DNA of 33,254 nucleotides from a virus. Lineage: Duplodnaviria; Caudoviricetes. Location: the IMG/VR virus record IMGVR_UViG_3300020044_001617, positions 1 to 33,254 of that record; one strand, 5' to 3'. The notes beneath the pieces were generated by a model that saw only the letters and a program-made list of their open reading frames with translations, was not told the origin of the DNA and made no database searches. Shown here in pieces: positions 14,006 to 23,814 of this stretch. The number at the start of each line of letters is the position of its first letter. Position 1 is the stretch's first letter. A program made the translations under genes and the position numbers.

Positions 14006-16867
14006 ATGAACAAACAATTTTACGAGAAAGTATTGCCAACGCAGGGCAACATCTGTGTAGTGGGAATGAAAGACGGAGTAGTCCGTCCCAAGTTTACTGA
14101 AGACCTAGATGAAGCCCTAGAATATATGCAACAGTTTGATGCTGATGACTTCAATACATTTTTTGGAGTCGGTACATTTGAAGGATATCAACGCAAAGCC
14201 AATGCATGTATCTTCATGCGAGCATTCTTCGTTGACCTTGACTGTGGTGAAAACAAACCATTCCCAACATGGGAAGGCGCACTAATCAAACTGCATCAGT
14301 TTGTGACAGACAAGCAGTTTCCATTGCCTGTAATTGTAAATTCCGGACGTGGTTTACACGCTTATTGGCCTTTCACTGATGAAGTACCAACGGATATTTG
14401 GAAGCCCTACGCAGAGAAATTCAAACAACTATGCATAGATAGTGGCTTTTCAATAGATGAGGCAGTTACAGCGGATGCTGCACGCATACTGCGGGCCCCC
14501 GGAAGTAGGAATTTAAAAGGAGAACCATTACCCTGTGAAGTTGTACTAGACGCTGACGCAAACCCCTTTGAAATTTTTACGGAGTTACTTGGAAAAGTTG
14601 AAGAGAAGTTTGATCTATCAAAAGTTGATAAAGGACTTGATGAAGATACGCAAGCAATTTACGACAAACTCAATAGTAATTTTGAATATGACTTTGCGCT
14701 GATCAAGCAAAAAAGTTTAGAAGGGACAGGCTGTGCTCAAATTAAAATCATCTGCGAAACTCGTGCTCCAGAGCCGTTGTGGTACGCTGGAATATCTGTC
14801 GCCTCTCGGTGTAGAGATGCTGATTCAGCAATCCATGACATGTCAAAACATGACGACAGATACGACTGGCAGAACGTCGAGAACAAACGCGCCCAATCTA
14901 TCTCAAGCGCAAAGTGGGCGCACAGTTGCAACGCCTTTGAAGCAGAAAACAGAGGGGGGTGTGATGGATGTCCTCATAGATCAGTCCTCGGTAAGCGGGG
15001 GCCTATTGAGCTTGGTCGAGTCCTCAAATCCGTTGAGGCCGTTGTTGAAGAACCCGCAGTTGCCGGAGAAGCCGAAGATGAAGCGCAACCAATACGGCTC
15101 GAAACGAATACCCAAAAATATGTAGCCTTCCCTGACTTCCTGTACCCATACTCTCGCGGGGCTAATGGTGGTGTGTACTTCACGCCTCCTCCACGTTCTA
15201 CTAAGAAAGGCATGGTGCAAGACCCTGATGAGTTGCTACTGCATTTCACAATGTACCCAGTGCAACGTCTGAAGAGTCCTCATGATGGCGAGTGCTTGCT
15301 TATACGAGTTGAGTTACCGCACGATGGCGTAAATGAATTCCTACTACCGCTACGCTCTGTGGCTGCCACTGACAAACTCAAAGAAGCACTAGCAAACAAC
15401 AGTGTAACTTTTGAACCTGCGCAAGCACCGCGCATCGCAAGCTACTTGATGAAGTGGTCAACGTTTCTAACTAATACAAAAAGGGCAGACATAATGAGAG
15501 TGCAACAAGGGTGGACATCCGAGACACATGAATCGTTTGTGCTAGGCACGAATGAGTACATGAACACAGGAGAGATTCGTTACTGCCCACCGTCGCCAAT
15601 CTCAAAGAATGTCGTGCGCAACATCAAGGAAGGCGGCACGCTTGAGGGCTGGAAGTCTTCTATGAAACTATTCAATGATCCCGGATATGAGTGGCATGCA
15701 TTTGCAGTTCTCTGTGGATTTGCTAGTCCACTGATTGAGTTCACCAACATCAACGGTGTAATCTTCTCACTGTATGGAAAGTCAGGCTACGGTAAAACAG
15801 GTGCGCTATACGGTGCGCTGAGCATTTGGGGACACCCTGAGAACTTGTCAATCTTTGATGCTACACAGAATGCGTTGATCAACCGCATGGTGACTTGCAA
15901 GAACATTCTTTATGGACTAGACGAGCAGTCAAATACAGACGGCAAGGTGGTGTCTCATGTTGCCTATAACATTTCATCAGGGCAACCCAAACTGCGGATG
16001 ATGTCATCAGCCAACCAAGAGCGCGAAGCAACCTATGTAACTAAACTGATTGCAATTATCACAACCAACACAAAGCTTCGTGAGTTAATGTCTACATTCA
16101 AGGGCGACACAAATGCAGAAGAGATGCGTATCCTTGAGCCAACCATTCACAAACCTATGGTTCCCGGGTATGAGCTAACGGATGAGCGTGGCTTGTTAAT
16201 GTTTGAATCATTGAAAACCCATCATGGTCACGCCGGGCCGCTGTACATACCAGAGTTGTTTAAGATAGGTGTACCTGAACTGCGTAAACGCCTTAAGACA
16301 GAATACCTGTCTGTTGGTGAGCAGTATTCAAAGAACGCAGAGTATCGCTTTCTATCTAATTTGATTAGTACAACACGCATTGCAGGGAAGATCACCAATA
16401 ACATGGGTCTGACTGAGTTTGACCTTGACCGCATCTTTACAGTTGTAGGCGAAGGCTTCATTCGGTTGATCGATGGCAGAGCAGAGGACGATGAGTCCAA
16501 AGCAGAGAGCGTACTCGGTGACTTCATCAACAAAAACATTCAGAATGCATTGGTGTTCCGTAACGGCAAGCATGTCATGGAGCCTCGCAATGCGCTGAGC
16601 ATTACTGCCGATGTAGATGAGGGTGTGATTTGGTTGTCTACCAGCGCGGTCAAAGAATATCTACGTCAGAATAAACTTAGCCCAACTTGGTTTGAAGGTG
16701 AGCTTGAGCGTAGAGGCATCTTGAAAGAGAAGTCACGCAAGCAGATGGCGGCAGGATGGAAAGCGGCATTTGGTTCTACCAACGTGCAAGCCTACAAAGT
16801 TGTAATGGACATCAGTCAGATATTCAAAGATGACGAAGACACCACCGCCACCACAACCACCGAATGA
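14006..16867 (+). CDS. Primase-helicase: RepB-like AEP primase, Cys-rich domain, DUF927/Cch-like P-loop helicase (953 aa)
   Basis: FFVDLDCG, VNSGRGLHAYW and ARILRAPGSRN (AEP); CAQI...HSC...CDGCPH; QQGW, Walker A GKSGYGKT, Walker B GLDE, HHGHAG. ATG 14006 is preferred over TTG 13961, which would run through the terminator. Confidence 0.88.
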   Translation: MNKQFYEKVLPTQGNICVVGMKDGVVRPKFTEDLDEALEYMQQFDADDFNTFFGVGTFEGYQRKANACIFMRAFFVDLDCGENKPFPTWEGALIKLHQFVTDKQFPLPVIVNSGRGLHAYWPFTDEVPTDIWKPYAEKFKQLCIDSGFSIDEAVTADAARILRAPGSRNLKGEPLPCEVVLDADANPFEIFTELLGKVEEKFDLSKVDKGLDEDTQAIYDKLNSNFEYDFALIKQKSLEGTGCAQIKIICETRAPEPLWYAGISVASRCRDADSAIHDMSKHDDRYDWQNVENKRAQSISSAKWAHSCNAFEAENRGGCDGCPHRSVLGKRGPIELGRVLKSVEAVVEEPAVAGEAEDEAQPIRLETNTQKYVAFPDFLYPYSRGANGGVYFTPPPRSTKKGMVQDPDELLLHFTMYPVQRLKSPHDGECLLIRVELPHDGVNEFLLPLRSVAATDKLKEALANNSVTFEPAQAPRIASYLMKWSTFLTNTKRADIMRVQQGWTSETHESFVLGTNEYMNTGEIRYCPPSPISKNVVRNIKEGGTLEGWKSSMKLFNDPGYEWHAFAVLCGFASPLIEFTNINGVIFSLYGKSGYGKTGALYGALSIWGHPENLSIFDATQNALINRMVTCKNILYGLDEQSNTDGKVVSHVAYNISSGQPKLRMMSSANQEREATYVTKLIAIITTNTKLRELMSTFKGDTNAEEMRILEPTIHKPMVPGYELTDERGLLMFESLKTHHGHAGPLYIPELFKIGVPELRKRLKTEYLSVGEQYSKNAEYRFLSNLISTTRIAGKITNNMGLTEFDLDRIFTVVGEGFIRLIDGRAEDDESKAESVLGDFINKNIQNALVFRNGKHVMEPRNALSITADVDEGVIWLSTSAVKEYLRQNKLSPTWFEGELERRGILKEKSRKQMAAGWKAAFGSTNVQAYKVVMDISQIFKDDEDTTATTTTE

Positions 16868-17051
16868 GCCTGAATGGTTATTCCCCTTTCACTCCTTGCG
16901 AGTGGGGGATAGCTTCTTTGTGCCTACGATGCGCCCTGCGTACATGCTTTTCATAATAGACACTACATCCAAGAAGGCGGGTGTCAGAGTAAAAACATTT
17001 GTAACAACCAAGGACGGTGTCCTTGGTGTACGGGCATGGCGCATGCGTTAG
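16830..17051 (+). CDS. Small hypothetical protein (73 aa; FPF..LRVGDSFFVP motif, possibly DNA-binding)
   Basis: Recurrent phage motif F..L.VGDSFFVP...GVR.WR; last gene of the + arm. Confidence 0.7.
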   Translation: MTKTPPPPQPPNEPEWLFPFHSLRVGDSFFVPTMRPAYMLFIIDTTSKKAGVRVKTFVTTKDGVLGVRAWRMR

Positions 17052-20000
17052 GGCTTGATATCGAAAGCTTCAAACGCATCGATCATGTGGCGCTTCTCAA
17101 AGTTCTGCATCTGCACAATGTTCTTTAACGCATCGTTGCGGTCTTTGGGAGACAGGTCAGGCATCTTACGCACAGCGTTGGCTTCTTCTCGGTACTCTTT
17201 TAAGCGCCCATTGACACCCTCGTTGTACATTTTGACAAGATACTCATCCATTGGATTAGCTTCAACATACTTTGCGTACTGCTCTGGATTGGACTCAAAC
17301 ATCTTAAGCTTGCGTTCCATATCCTTGATTTGCTTCTCAATAGCTGAGAATTGTTTAGCATCGTAGTTTGAGGCAGAGCCAAAGAAGCTATCAAACAAAA
17401 CTGTGTCTGTCTTAGGATTAAATGCCTTTTCTCCAGCCGCAAGCAGTGACAAATTCATGCCTGTTTGTGCAAGTCGCATCGGCCCATCAGCATAGTTGTT
17501 GGCGAAGAAGTACAACGTGTTAGGACTCCAGTCTATAGCGCCATTTGTAACATCTGCAAGGGTACGGGCGGCTGACTTGTACAACTCAGGAATGTTATCG
17601 CCACCTGTGTACGCATCACCCACGCGAGTCTGACGGTTGTTGTAAATCTCACGACCCAAAGCATCAATGTTCATCTGCCATTCAAACAGAGGACGAGCCG
17701 CAGACGGCAGAGCAGAGTCCATCAACCATGCAGGGAAGTTATCAAACATGTTGATACGCGATACTGGCAGCGGTAAGAACGAGTCCATCATCACAGACAA
17801 TGTGTTGCTGAAGCCTTCTTTAATAGATGCTTGCCCAGTACCCATAGCGGCAACTTGCGCACCAGCCGCAGCAAATGCGCCCAAGCCAAAGCCCCAAGGA
17901 ATTTGAATTGGAGTTTCTAAGCCGGGAATATGGAATCGCGCATAACGTGCCCAACGGTTAATGTCGTCAGTCTTAGTGCGGTTACGCCCCATGTCATCAT
18001 CGTCTGACAATGCCATAGACAACAAATACATGCCAACACCAAAACCAGCCAAACTCAATGTCATAGCTCTAGCGGCCTTGCGTTGTTTCTCATGGCTCTT
18101 ACGGAATTCGGCAACTGCCTTTTCATCTTTGCGTACTTCAGGAGGCAAGTCCAAAATTGCATCATCTGTACTGCGAAGCATTGGCCCTAATGTTTCAATA
18201 GCACGTACTGCACCTGTAGCAGCAGGTCTAAAGAACATGAACATTGCACCAGCACCACGTCCCCACTCACCAACTTGTTCAAAGTTTGCAAGGTTTTTTA
18301 CATACGCAGCCGCGCGAGTTTTAGCGGCTTCATCAGACAACTTGTCTTCACGCAACAACTTATTACGGGTAATGCGGTAAGCAGCAGTACGGCTAGACAA
18401 TTCAAACATGTCAGCATACACATCAAAGAAACCATTCATAGCGGCCAATGCTTTTTTAGGCTTGCTTGAATTGAGGTCTTTCTGCAAGTTTTGGAATGTG
18501 CCTTTAGCAGACAAGCCTTGCAAATAGGAAACCATGCCACCTTCTTTGATGTATTCCACGACATCTTTGGAGAAGCCTGATTTGTCTTTTGCAACAAATG
18601 CATTAAGTTCAGCAGTCTTACCAGCGTTATACAAACTAGCAATCTTCCATGTCTTGTACATGCCACCATTTACAACTTGTGATGTAACAGCACCAATGTA
18701 TTGCGCAGCAGTTGCTGCATCCATGTCTGTGCCAATCGTAAATGCATTGGTCAACATATCACGAAAGTAGTTCATTGGCGCAAACGCTACGTTATAGCGT
18801 GTGTGGAATTGACCTATTGAGCTAGTAACGGTGTTGAGCATATCCATCAAAGGATTGGTTTGCTGGTATGCACGACGGATAGCATTGCGCTCAGCCTCGC
18901 TATATACCTGCAACACATCAATGCTGCCATTCTCGTTGTAATGGAAGATGGTAGTTTTACCAGCCAACTCACCTAGATCAATCTTGTTACGGTCAGCAAA
19001 CTCAATTGGCTTACCGTTCAGACCTTTAACTTCATTGACTGAACCCATCAACAACTTCTGATCAATAGCGTTCTTAATTGCCAGCGTCAAGTCTTTACGT
19101 CCAGCACGCATCGCAGCGCGTGTAGCATCGCTCATGATCTGCGTTAATGAATTATCTGACCATGATTCACGGCCTTCAAACTCACTTTGAAAGTCCTGCA
19201 ATTTTTCTGCAAAGCGCTTGTCTGTTTTAAGAATATCAAAGTCAAGCATTCCATCTTGGCTACTTGATACTTCCTTGCCTTTGAATGGGATATAGTGATC
19301 CCAACCGTAGAAGTCTACGACACTCTGCACAGGCTTAGACCAATAGTTAGCCTTCTTGTTTAGCTCGGCTGTGACATCGTTCATGGCTTTCATAGCAGTA
19401 ATCACTGCATCAGCCTTTTTGTCGCCATCAAACTTATCACGAATAGCTTTTGCTTCAGCAGGGGACAGATTGCCAATCACGTTGTAATCTGAGCCGTTCA
19501 TGTCAATGGTCTTGTAACCAGCAGGGCTTTCACCTGAAGCTTCAGCAAATTGTGCAACAACCGCATCCAACTCTTTACGTAAGCGTTGGATTTCTTTCTT
19601 AGTTAACTTACCTGACTCAACTGCATCTAGTACGTCTTTACGGAAGTTAGCTGGGTTAATTGTGCGAGTATTAGATTGCGCATCTGTAAATTGCACATCT
19701 GAGTTCTTCAAAGGTACATTACGCAAAAATTTAATTGCGCGACGCTCTGGCTCATGCAGCGCCATGAAGTATGTATGCAACTGCTTTAATGCCAAATTAG
19801 AATCAACCTTGGCGGCTTTTGCGTATTCACCAATAGCTTGCTGCAACTCAGTAGCAGGTGTGTTAACCATTGTTAAATACAAGTCTTTAGCACGCGCCGC
19901 AGACAATGTGATCTGTGTATAGATGTTGTTTAACTTAGGGCCAGCATCAATAGTTTTCTTTGCGCGTTGCAATGCATCTTCCCATACCTTGATGGGGTAG

Positions 20001-23000
20001 CGGCTATTTGCAAAGATGGTGGCAAGCCTACGCGCACCAGCAGTGCTAGTTACAAACTCACGAACCTTGCTTGTGCCTTTTTCATCAGGCAGTTTTTGGT
20101 CTGCAATAATCTCATCAGGGGAACGCTGCGTAGTTGTCTTAGGCGCTTTTTGCGTAGTAGGTTTACCAGCCGCACCCTTTGCCCCAGCATATAGCTCTGA
20201 GCCAATGGCTTCTTTACCAGCAAGACGTTCAATGCCGCCTTCAGGCGCTTCAAATATTTGACTGATTGCATCTGCGGCTTCAAGCAGTAGATTTCCTTTA
20301 TAGCCGGGTTGAATTAGAATAAGTCTCTTCAAATTGGAGACACCGCGCTCCATAACCAATTCGCCAGCAATTGGACTTAATACAGCATCTTTTTGTTCTT
20401 CTTCCGATAAACCTTCAGTCTCCCCGCCACGTTGTTTGGTTTTAGGAGCTTTGGTATATGTTCCAGTACGAACAGTGCGCTTGCTTGTCTCGTTGTAATA
20501 ATCAACAGGTATTAAAAGTTTTTGAGATTTAGGTTTAGGCGTAAACAGTTGATACATGAACGCCAAGTTTCCTGTGAAGTATTTCCACAGGTTGTCAAAC
20601 ATAAAGTCATATCCCTTTATGTTGAACTCGCGCTCTATCCGCTGTTCTTTTGATTGCTTTTCAGTTTTGTTTGTAACATCGGCAAGTCTTGGTATCTGCT
20701 TACTTGCTAAGTCATGTTGGAAATCCAAGTCGGTCATAGCGTAGGCTATGAACTCATACAGATTATCAAACGCATTGGGGTATTTTTTACCCAATAATTT
20801 TTGTGCAGCAGATGCAATTGTTTGAATGTTTTCAATTGCCTTTACAACGTTTGGAGGCAGTTTAGTTTTGTCTGTAAAGAATTGATGAACAAGTTTAACT
20901 GTTGCAGCGTGAGTAAGCTCGTGAAGAATTGTGGCTTCATCAAGTCCTTTGGGGCCTACATACAACGTATTGGTGTTGGCATCGTACTTGGCAATATTAG
21001 CCAAAGTCATGTTTTCATCAAACACAACATTTACACGGAAGTTTTCAATGCTGTTAAGAGAACTAGCCAACAACCGGAAAATTTGACGAGTAAATATGTT
21101 GCGTTCTTTGCTTGGACTCTTTATGCCTTTAGATTCATCAGAAGATAAATAGTTAAGTACAGTTTTAATGTCACCATCAAACAAAGCTTCTACAATATTT
21201 TTAGGAAGCACGGCCCCCTTGCCTGATGGCTGACTAGCGCGAGCTCTTTCCGCAGCCGCAAGCATCTCTTGTTTTGCACGGCTTTCCGCTTCTTGCAATC
21301 TTTCACGGGATTGCTCTTCCAATTTTTCTTTTTGAACTTGTTTCTTTACGGCACGAAACGCCACGTCTTGTTCAAGGACAGTATCGGTTTGGTTAAGACT
21401 TGCAAAGAGTCTACGGCTTTCGTCTGACAAACTATTCCATCCGGGGAATGTGTATGCCATACCTGTCTTAGACCCAAAGCCACCACGTTCACGTTCGTAA
21501 CTCTTCTGCGCACGAATTTGATCCGTTGCTTCAGTTCGTTGATACTCTGGCGCGGCACGACTTTCGGAACGTTTATCAGACAAATGTTCAGCCAATACTT
21601 TGACCGCTTTGTCGTGCTCTACTTGGTTGTTCTGACTAATGTTGTCACGGAAATAAACGCGACGATCATCATCACTTAGTTCTTTATAGGCGGGTAGTTT
21701 GTCATCCTCAGTTGCATCACCTGTTTTAATCTTTGCATCAACACCCGCGTTATATTCTTGGCGGGTTTCTTCATACAAGTCACGTTGCTCTTGAGGCGGA
21801 AAATATCCTTTTTCTTCTTTTAATTCTTGACCTGCAATGGCTTGCGTACCCATAGCAGAGAGTGGCTTGCCTTCACGTTCTTTTTCAAATGCAACAGCAC
21901 TGCGCAAGCGTTTACCAAAGTCTTGTTGTGACTCTTCTTCCTTTTGTGTCAGTCCGTATTTTTTACCAAGCTCCTCACGTTTTTTATCGTCTGCAATTTG
22001 TGCTTGAGTACGACGCGCAGAACCGGTTGAAGGTAATCCATCATCTCCAAAGAGACTATTAAGTAAGTCTTCGTCTTGTTGCGCAGCAGTTTTTACAACG
22101 GGGGCTGCGGGTGGTTTTTGTCCTTGCGTTTCTGCTTGCTTGGTTTGAGTGGTTTGAGTGCCAACGTCTGCTCCTGTGGGTTTTACAACTTGTGTTTCTG
22201 CTGGTGGTGTTATTACTGGCGGTGTTACTGGAGGCGGCTGTCCTGCTGCTCCCGTATCAAGCCCTCCAGCATCTTGTCCAGTACTATCCACTCCGCCTCG
22301 TTCAGGTGCTCCAGTTCCTTCGGCGGGGGGTACATTAGCACCTGTTTGTACAGATACTCCAGAGCCATCTCCACCTGCTCCTTGGTCAGATTTTGTAGCA
22401 TACGTTTCTCCAGCCTCAATCCTTTTGGCAAGCGCTTCCCGCATAGCCGTGAGTTCAGCAGCAAGTTGTACATTTTTTGCAAGTCTCGCTGGTGGTACAA
22501 ATCCAGACTTTTCTCTTATGTCTGATAAATCTTTTTCACGCTTATCATAATCTTGTTGCTGTGCAGCAATGATCTGTTCAAGCTCTTCTAATGAACCTTT
22601 GGGCGCAGTAATAGTTATACCTTCTGGCGCTTTAAATTCAGGAGGCGGGCGCTTACCAGCGGCAAGCAACTCTTCGAGCGTGCGTTCTTTTTCTTCTTCA
22701 ATTGGTGCAGGAGGCGGAGGCGTTACGGTAGAGGTTTGTTGCTGTTGATCAGCAGGTACTTCAGGCGCAGCACCGCCACGTCCACCAATAGCTCCAGTCA
22801 CACCGCCCAGACCCACCGCGCCAAGAGCCGCTTGACCAGCGGTTGCGCCCAGTCCTTGTGTAAGGCTTTGATCTGGTTTGACTTCACGCAAGGCAAGGTT
22901 TTGTGTAAATCTGCCGCCTGTTTCTTCCAGTATCTCGCTTGGCAGTTCTTTGAGTGCGCCAGTGCCAGCACCCATGATGATGCCTTTGCCTGTTGACCCC

Positions 23001-23803
23001 CCTGCCAACACACGCTCCAAGGCTTGACCCCCGGGTAAATACCTATTGGCAATAAGAGACAAAGCCGCGCCCGATACACCGGAAGCCCTTGCCAGATTAA
23101 TAGCAGCTTGTCCAGCTTGTTCAGGAGTTGCGCCCTTGCTAACAAGTTCTTTGACAACTTCGTCGTAAGTGCCAGCACCAATGTCTGCACCTTGTTGCAC
23201 TGCGCCTGTACCAATAGCGGCAGTAGTACCGGCACGGATAGCCTCACGTTGGGCTACCTTCTCTGCGGCTTCTTTAGAGATTTGTCTAGCAGCCGCCTTT
23301 GCCATAACACCAGCGGATGTAGCTGCGGCAGTAGTACCGCCTGTTAAAGCAGCAGGAATTATCTGTGGTAATTGTTCTGCAAGGAACGTAGACATCAAAG
23401 CTGGATCAGAAATAGTCTGACCAATCGCTGTTTTAAATGCCTGAAACTGACCTTGTTTTTCAGCGTTCTGCATAGCCACATCGCGTGCGGCTTCACGGGC
23501 AAGCAAGCCTTTGGACTTGAGTCCTTTGGCGTATTCTTCAAGTTCTTGACCAGCGCCCAAAGCGCCTGTCTTAGAAAAGTCTCCAGTGGCTAGGCCATAC
23601 AGTTGACCGGGCAACTGAACAAGCGAGCCAATACCGCTAAGACCTGCCGCGCCTATGTCGGTAAAGGCTTCACCAAAAGTGCGTTCCTTAGAACCATACT
23701 GCGGCATCGACTGAATAATCTTTGCTTTAGCTGCTTCAGGAGATAACTCATCAGGGATGTTCTCAACAAGAGTGCCATCAGGCAGTCGAATTGCATATGG
23801 CAT
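17048..23803 (-). CDS. Large polyvalent / internal virion (ejection) protein with zincin motif and LPD38-like C-terminus (2251 aa)
   Basis: N-terminal IRLPDGT...PD, Gly/Ala-rich membrane-like segment, ILHELTHAAT (20909-20923) with downstream YEFIAYAM. C-terminal QIPWGFG...PSAARPLFEWQMN.D.LGREI...DWSPNTL resembles LPD38. Confidence 0.75.
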   Translation of the reverse strand: MPYAIRLPDGTLVENIPDELSPEAAKAKIIQSMPQYGSKERTFGEAFTDIGAAGLSGIGSLVQLPGQLYGLATGDFSKTGALGAGQELEEYAKGLKSKGLLAREAARDVAMQNAEKQGQFQAFKTAIGQTISDPALMSTFLAEQLPQIIPAALTGGTTAAATSAGVMAKAAARQISKEAAEKVAQREAIRAGTTAAIGTGAVQQGADIGAGTYDEVVKELVSKGATPEQAGQAAINLARASGVSGAALSLIANRYLPGGQALERVLAGGSTGKGIIMGAGTGALKELPSEILEETGGRFTQNLALREVKPDQSLTQGLGATAGQAALGAVGLGGVTGAIGGRGGAAPEVPADQQQQTSTVTPPPPAPIEEEKERTLEELLAAGKRPPPEFKAPEGITITAPKGSLEELEQIIAAQQQDYDKREKDLSDIREKSGFVPPARLAKNVQLAAELTAMREALAKRIEAGETYATKSDQGAGGDGSGVSVQTGANVPPAEGTGAPERGGVDSTGQDAGGLDTGAAGQPPPVTPPVITPPAETQVVKPTGADVGTQTTQTKQAETQGQKPPAAPVVKTAAQQDEDLLNSLFGDDGLPSTGSARRTQAQIADDKKREELGKKYGLTQKEEESQQDFGKRLRSAVAFEKEREGKPLSAMGTQAIAGQELKEEKGYFPPQEQRDLYEETRQEYNAGVDAKIKTGDATEDDKLPAYKELSDDDRRVYFRDNISQNNQVEHDKAVKVLAEHLSDKRSESRAAPEYQRTEATDQIRAQKSYERERGGFGSKTGMAYTFPGWNSLSDESRRLFASLNQTDTVLEQDVAFRAVKKQVQKEKLEEQSRERLQEAESRAKQEMLAAAERARASQPSGKGAVLPKNIVEALFDGDIKTVLNYLSSDESKGIKSPSKERNIFTRQIFRLLASSLNSIENFRVNVVFDENMTLANIAKYDANTNTLYVGPKGLDEATILHELTHAATVKLVHQFFTDKTKLPPNVVKAIENIQTIASAAQKLLGKKYPNAFDNLYEFIAYAMTDLDFQHDLASKQIPRLADVTNKTEKQSKEQRIEREFNIKGYDFMFDNLWKYFTGNLAFMYQLFTPKPKSQKLLIPVDYYNETSKRTVRTGTYTKAPKTKQRGGETEGLSEEEQKDAVLSPIAGELVMERGVSNLKRLILIQPGYKGNLLLEAADAISQIFEAPEGGIERLAGKEAIGSELYAGAKGAAGKPTTQKAPKTTTQRSPDEIIADQKLPDEKGTSKVREFVTSTAGARRLATIFANSRYPIKVWEDALQRAKKTIDAGPKLNNIYTQITLSAARAKDLYLTMVNTPATELQQAIGEYAKAAKVDSNLALKQLHTYFMALHEPERRAIKFLRNVPLKNSDVQFTDAQSNTRTINPANFRKDVLDAVESGKLTKKEIQRLRKELDAVVAQFAEASGESPAGYKTIDMNGSDYNVIGNLSPAEAKAIRDKFDGDKKADAVITAMKAMNDVTAELNKKANYWSKPVQSVVDFYGWDHYIPFKGKEVSSSQDGMLDFDILKTDKRFAEKLQDFQSEFEGRESWSDNSLTQIMSDATRAAMRAGRKDLTLAIKNAIDQKLLMGSVNEVKGLNGKPIEFADRNKIDLGELAGKTTIFHYNENGSIDVLQVYSEAERNAIRRAYQQTNPLMDMLNTVTSSIGQFHTRYNVAFAPMNYFRDMLTNAFTIGTDMDAATAAQYIGAVTSQVVNGGMYKTWKIASLYNAGKTAELNAFVAKDKSGFSKDVVEYIKEGGMVSYLQGLSAKGTFQNLQKDLNSSKPKKALAAMNGFFDVYADMFELSSRTAAYRITRNKLLREDKLSDEAAKTRAAAYVKNLANFEQVGEWGRGAGAMFMFFRPAATGAVRAIETLGPMLRSTDDAILDLPPEVRKDEKAVAEFRKSHEKQRKAARAMTLSLAGFGVGMYLLSMALSDDDDMGRNRTKTDDINRWARYARFHIPGLETPIQIPWGFGLGAFAAAGAQVAAMGTGQASIKEGFSNTLSVMMDSFLPLPVSRINMFDNFPAWLMDSALPSAARPLFEWQMNIDALGREIYNNRQTRVGDAYTGGDNIPELYKSAARTLADVTNGAIDWSPNTLYFFANNYADGPMRLAQTGMNLSLLAAGEKAFNPKTDTVLFDSFFGSASNYDAKQFSAIEKQIKDMERKLKMFESNPEQYAKYVEANPMDEYLVKMYNEGVNGRLKEYREEANAVRKMPDLSPKDRNDALKNIVQMQNFEKRHMIDAFEAFDIKP

Positions 23804-23814
23804 TACGCGACCTT

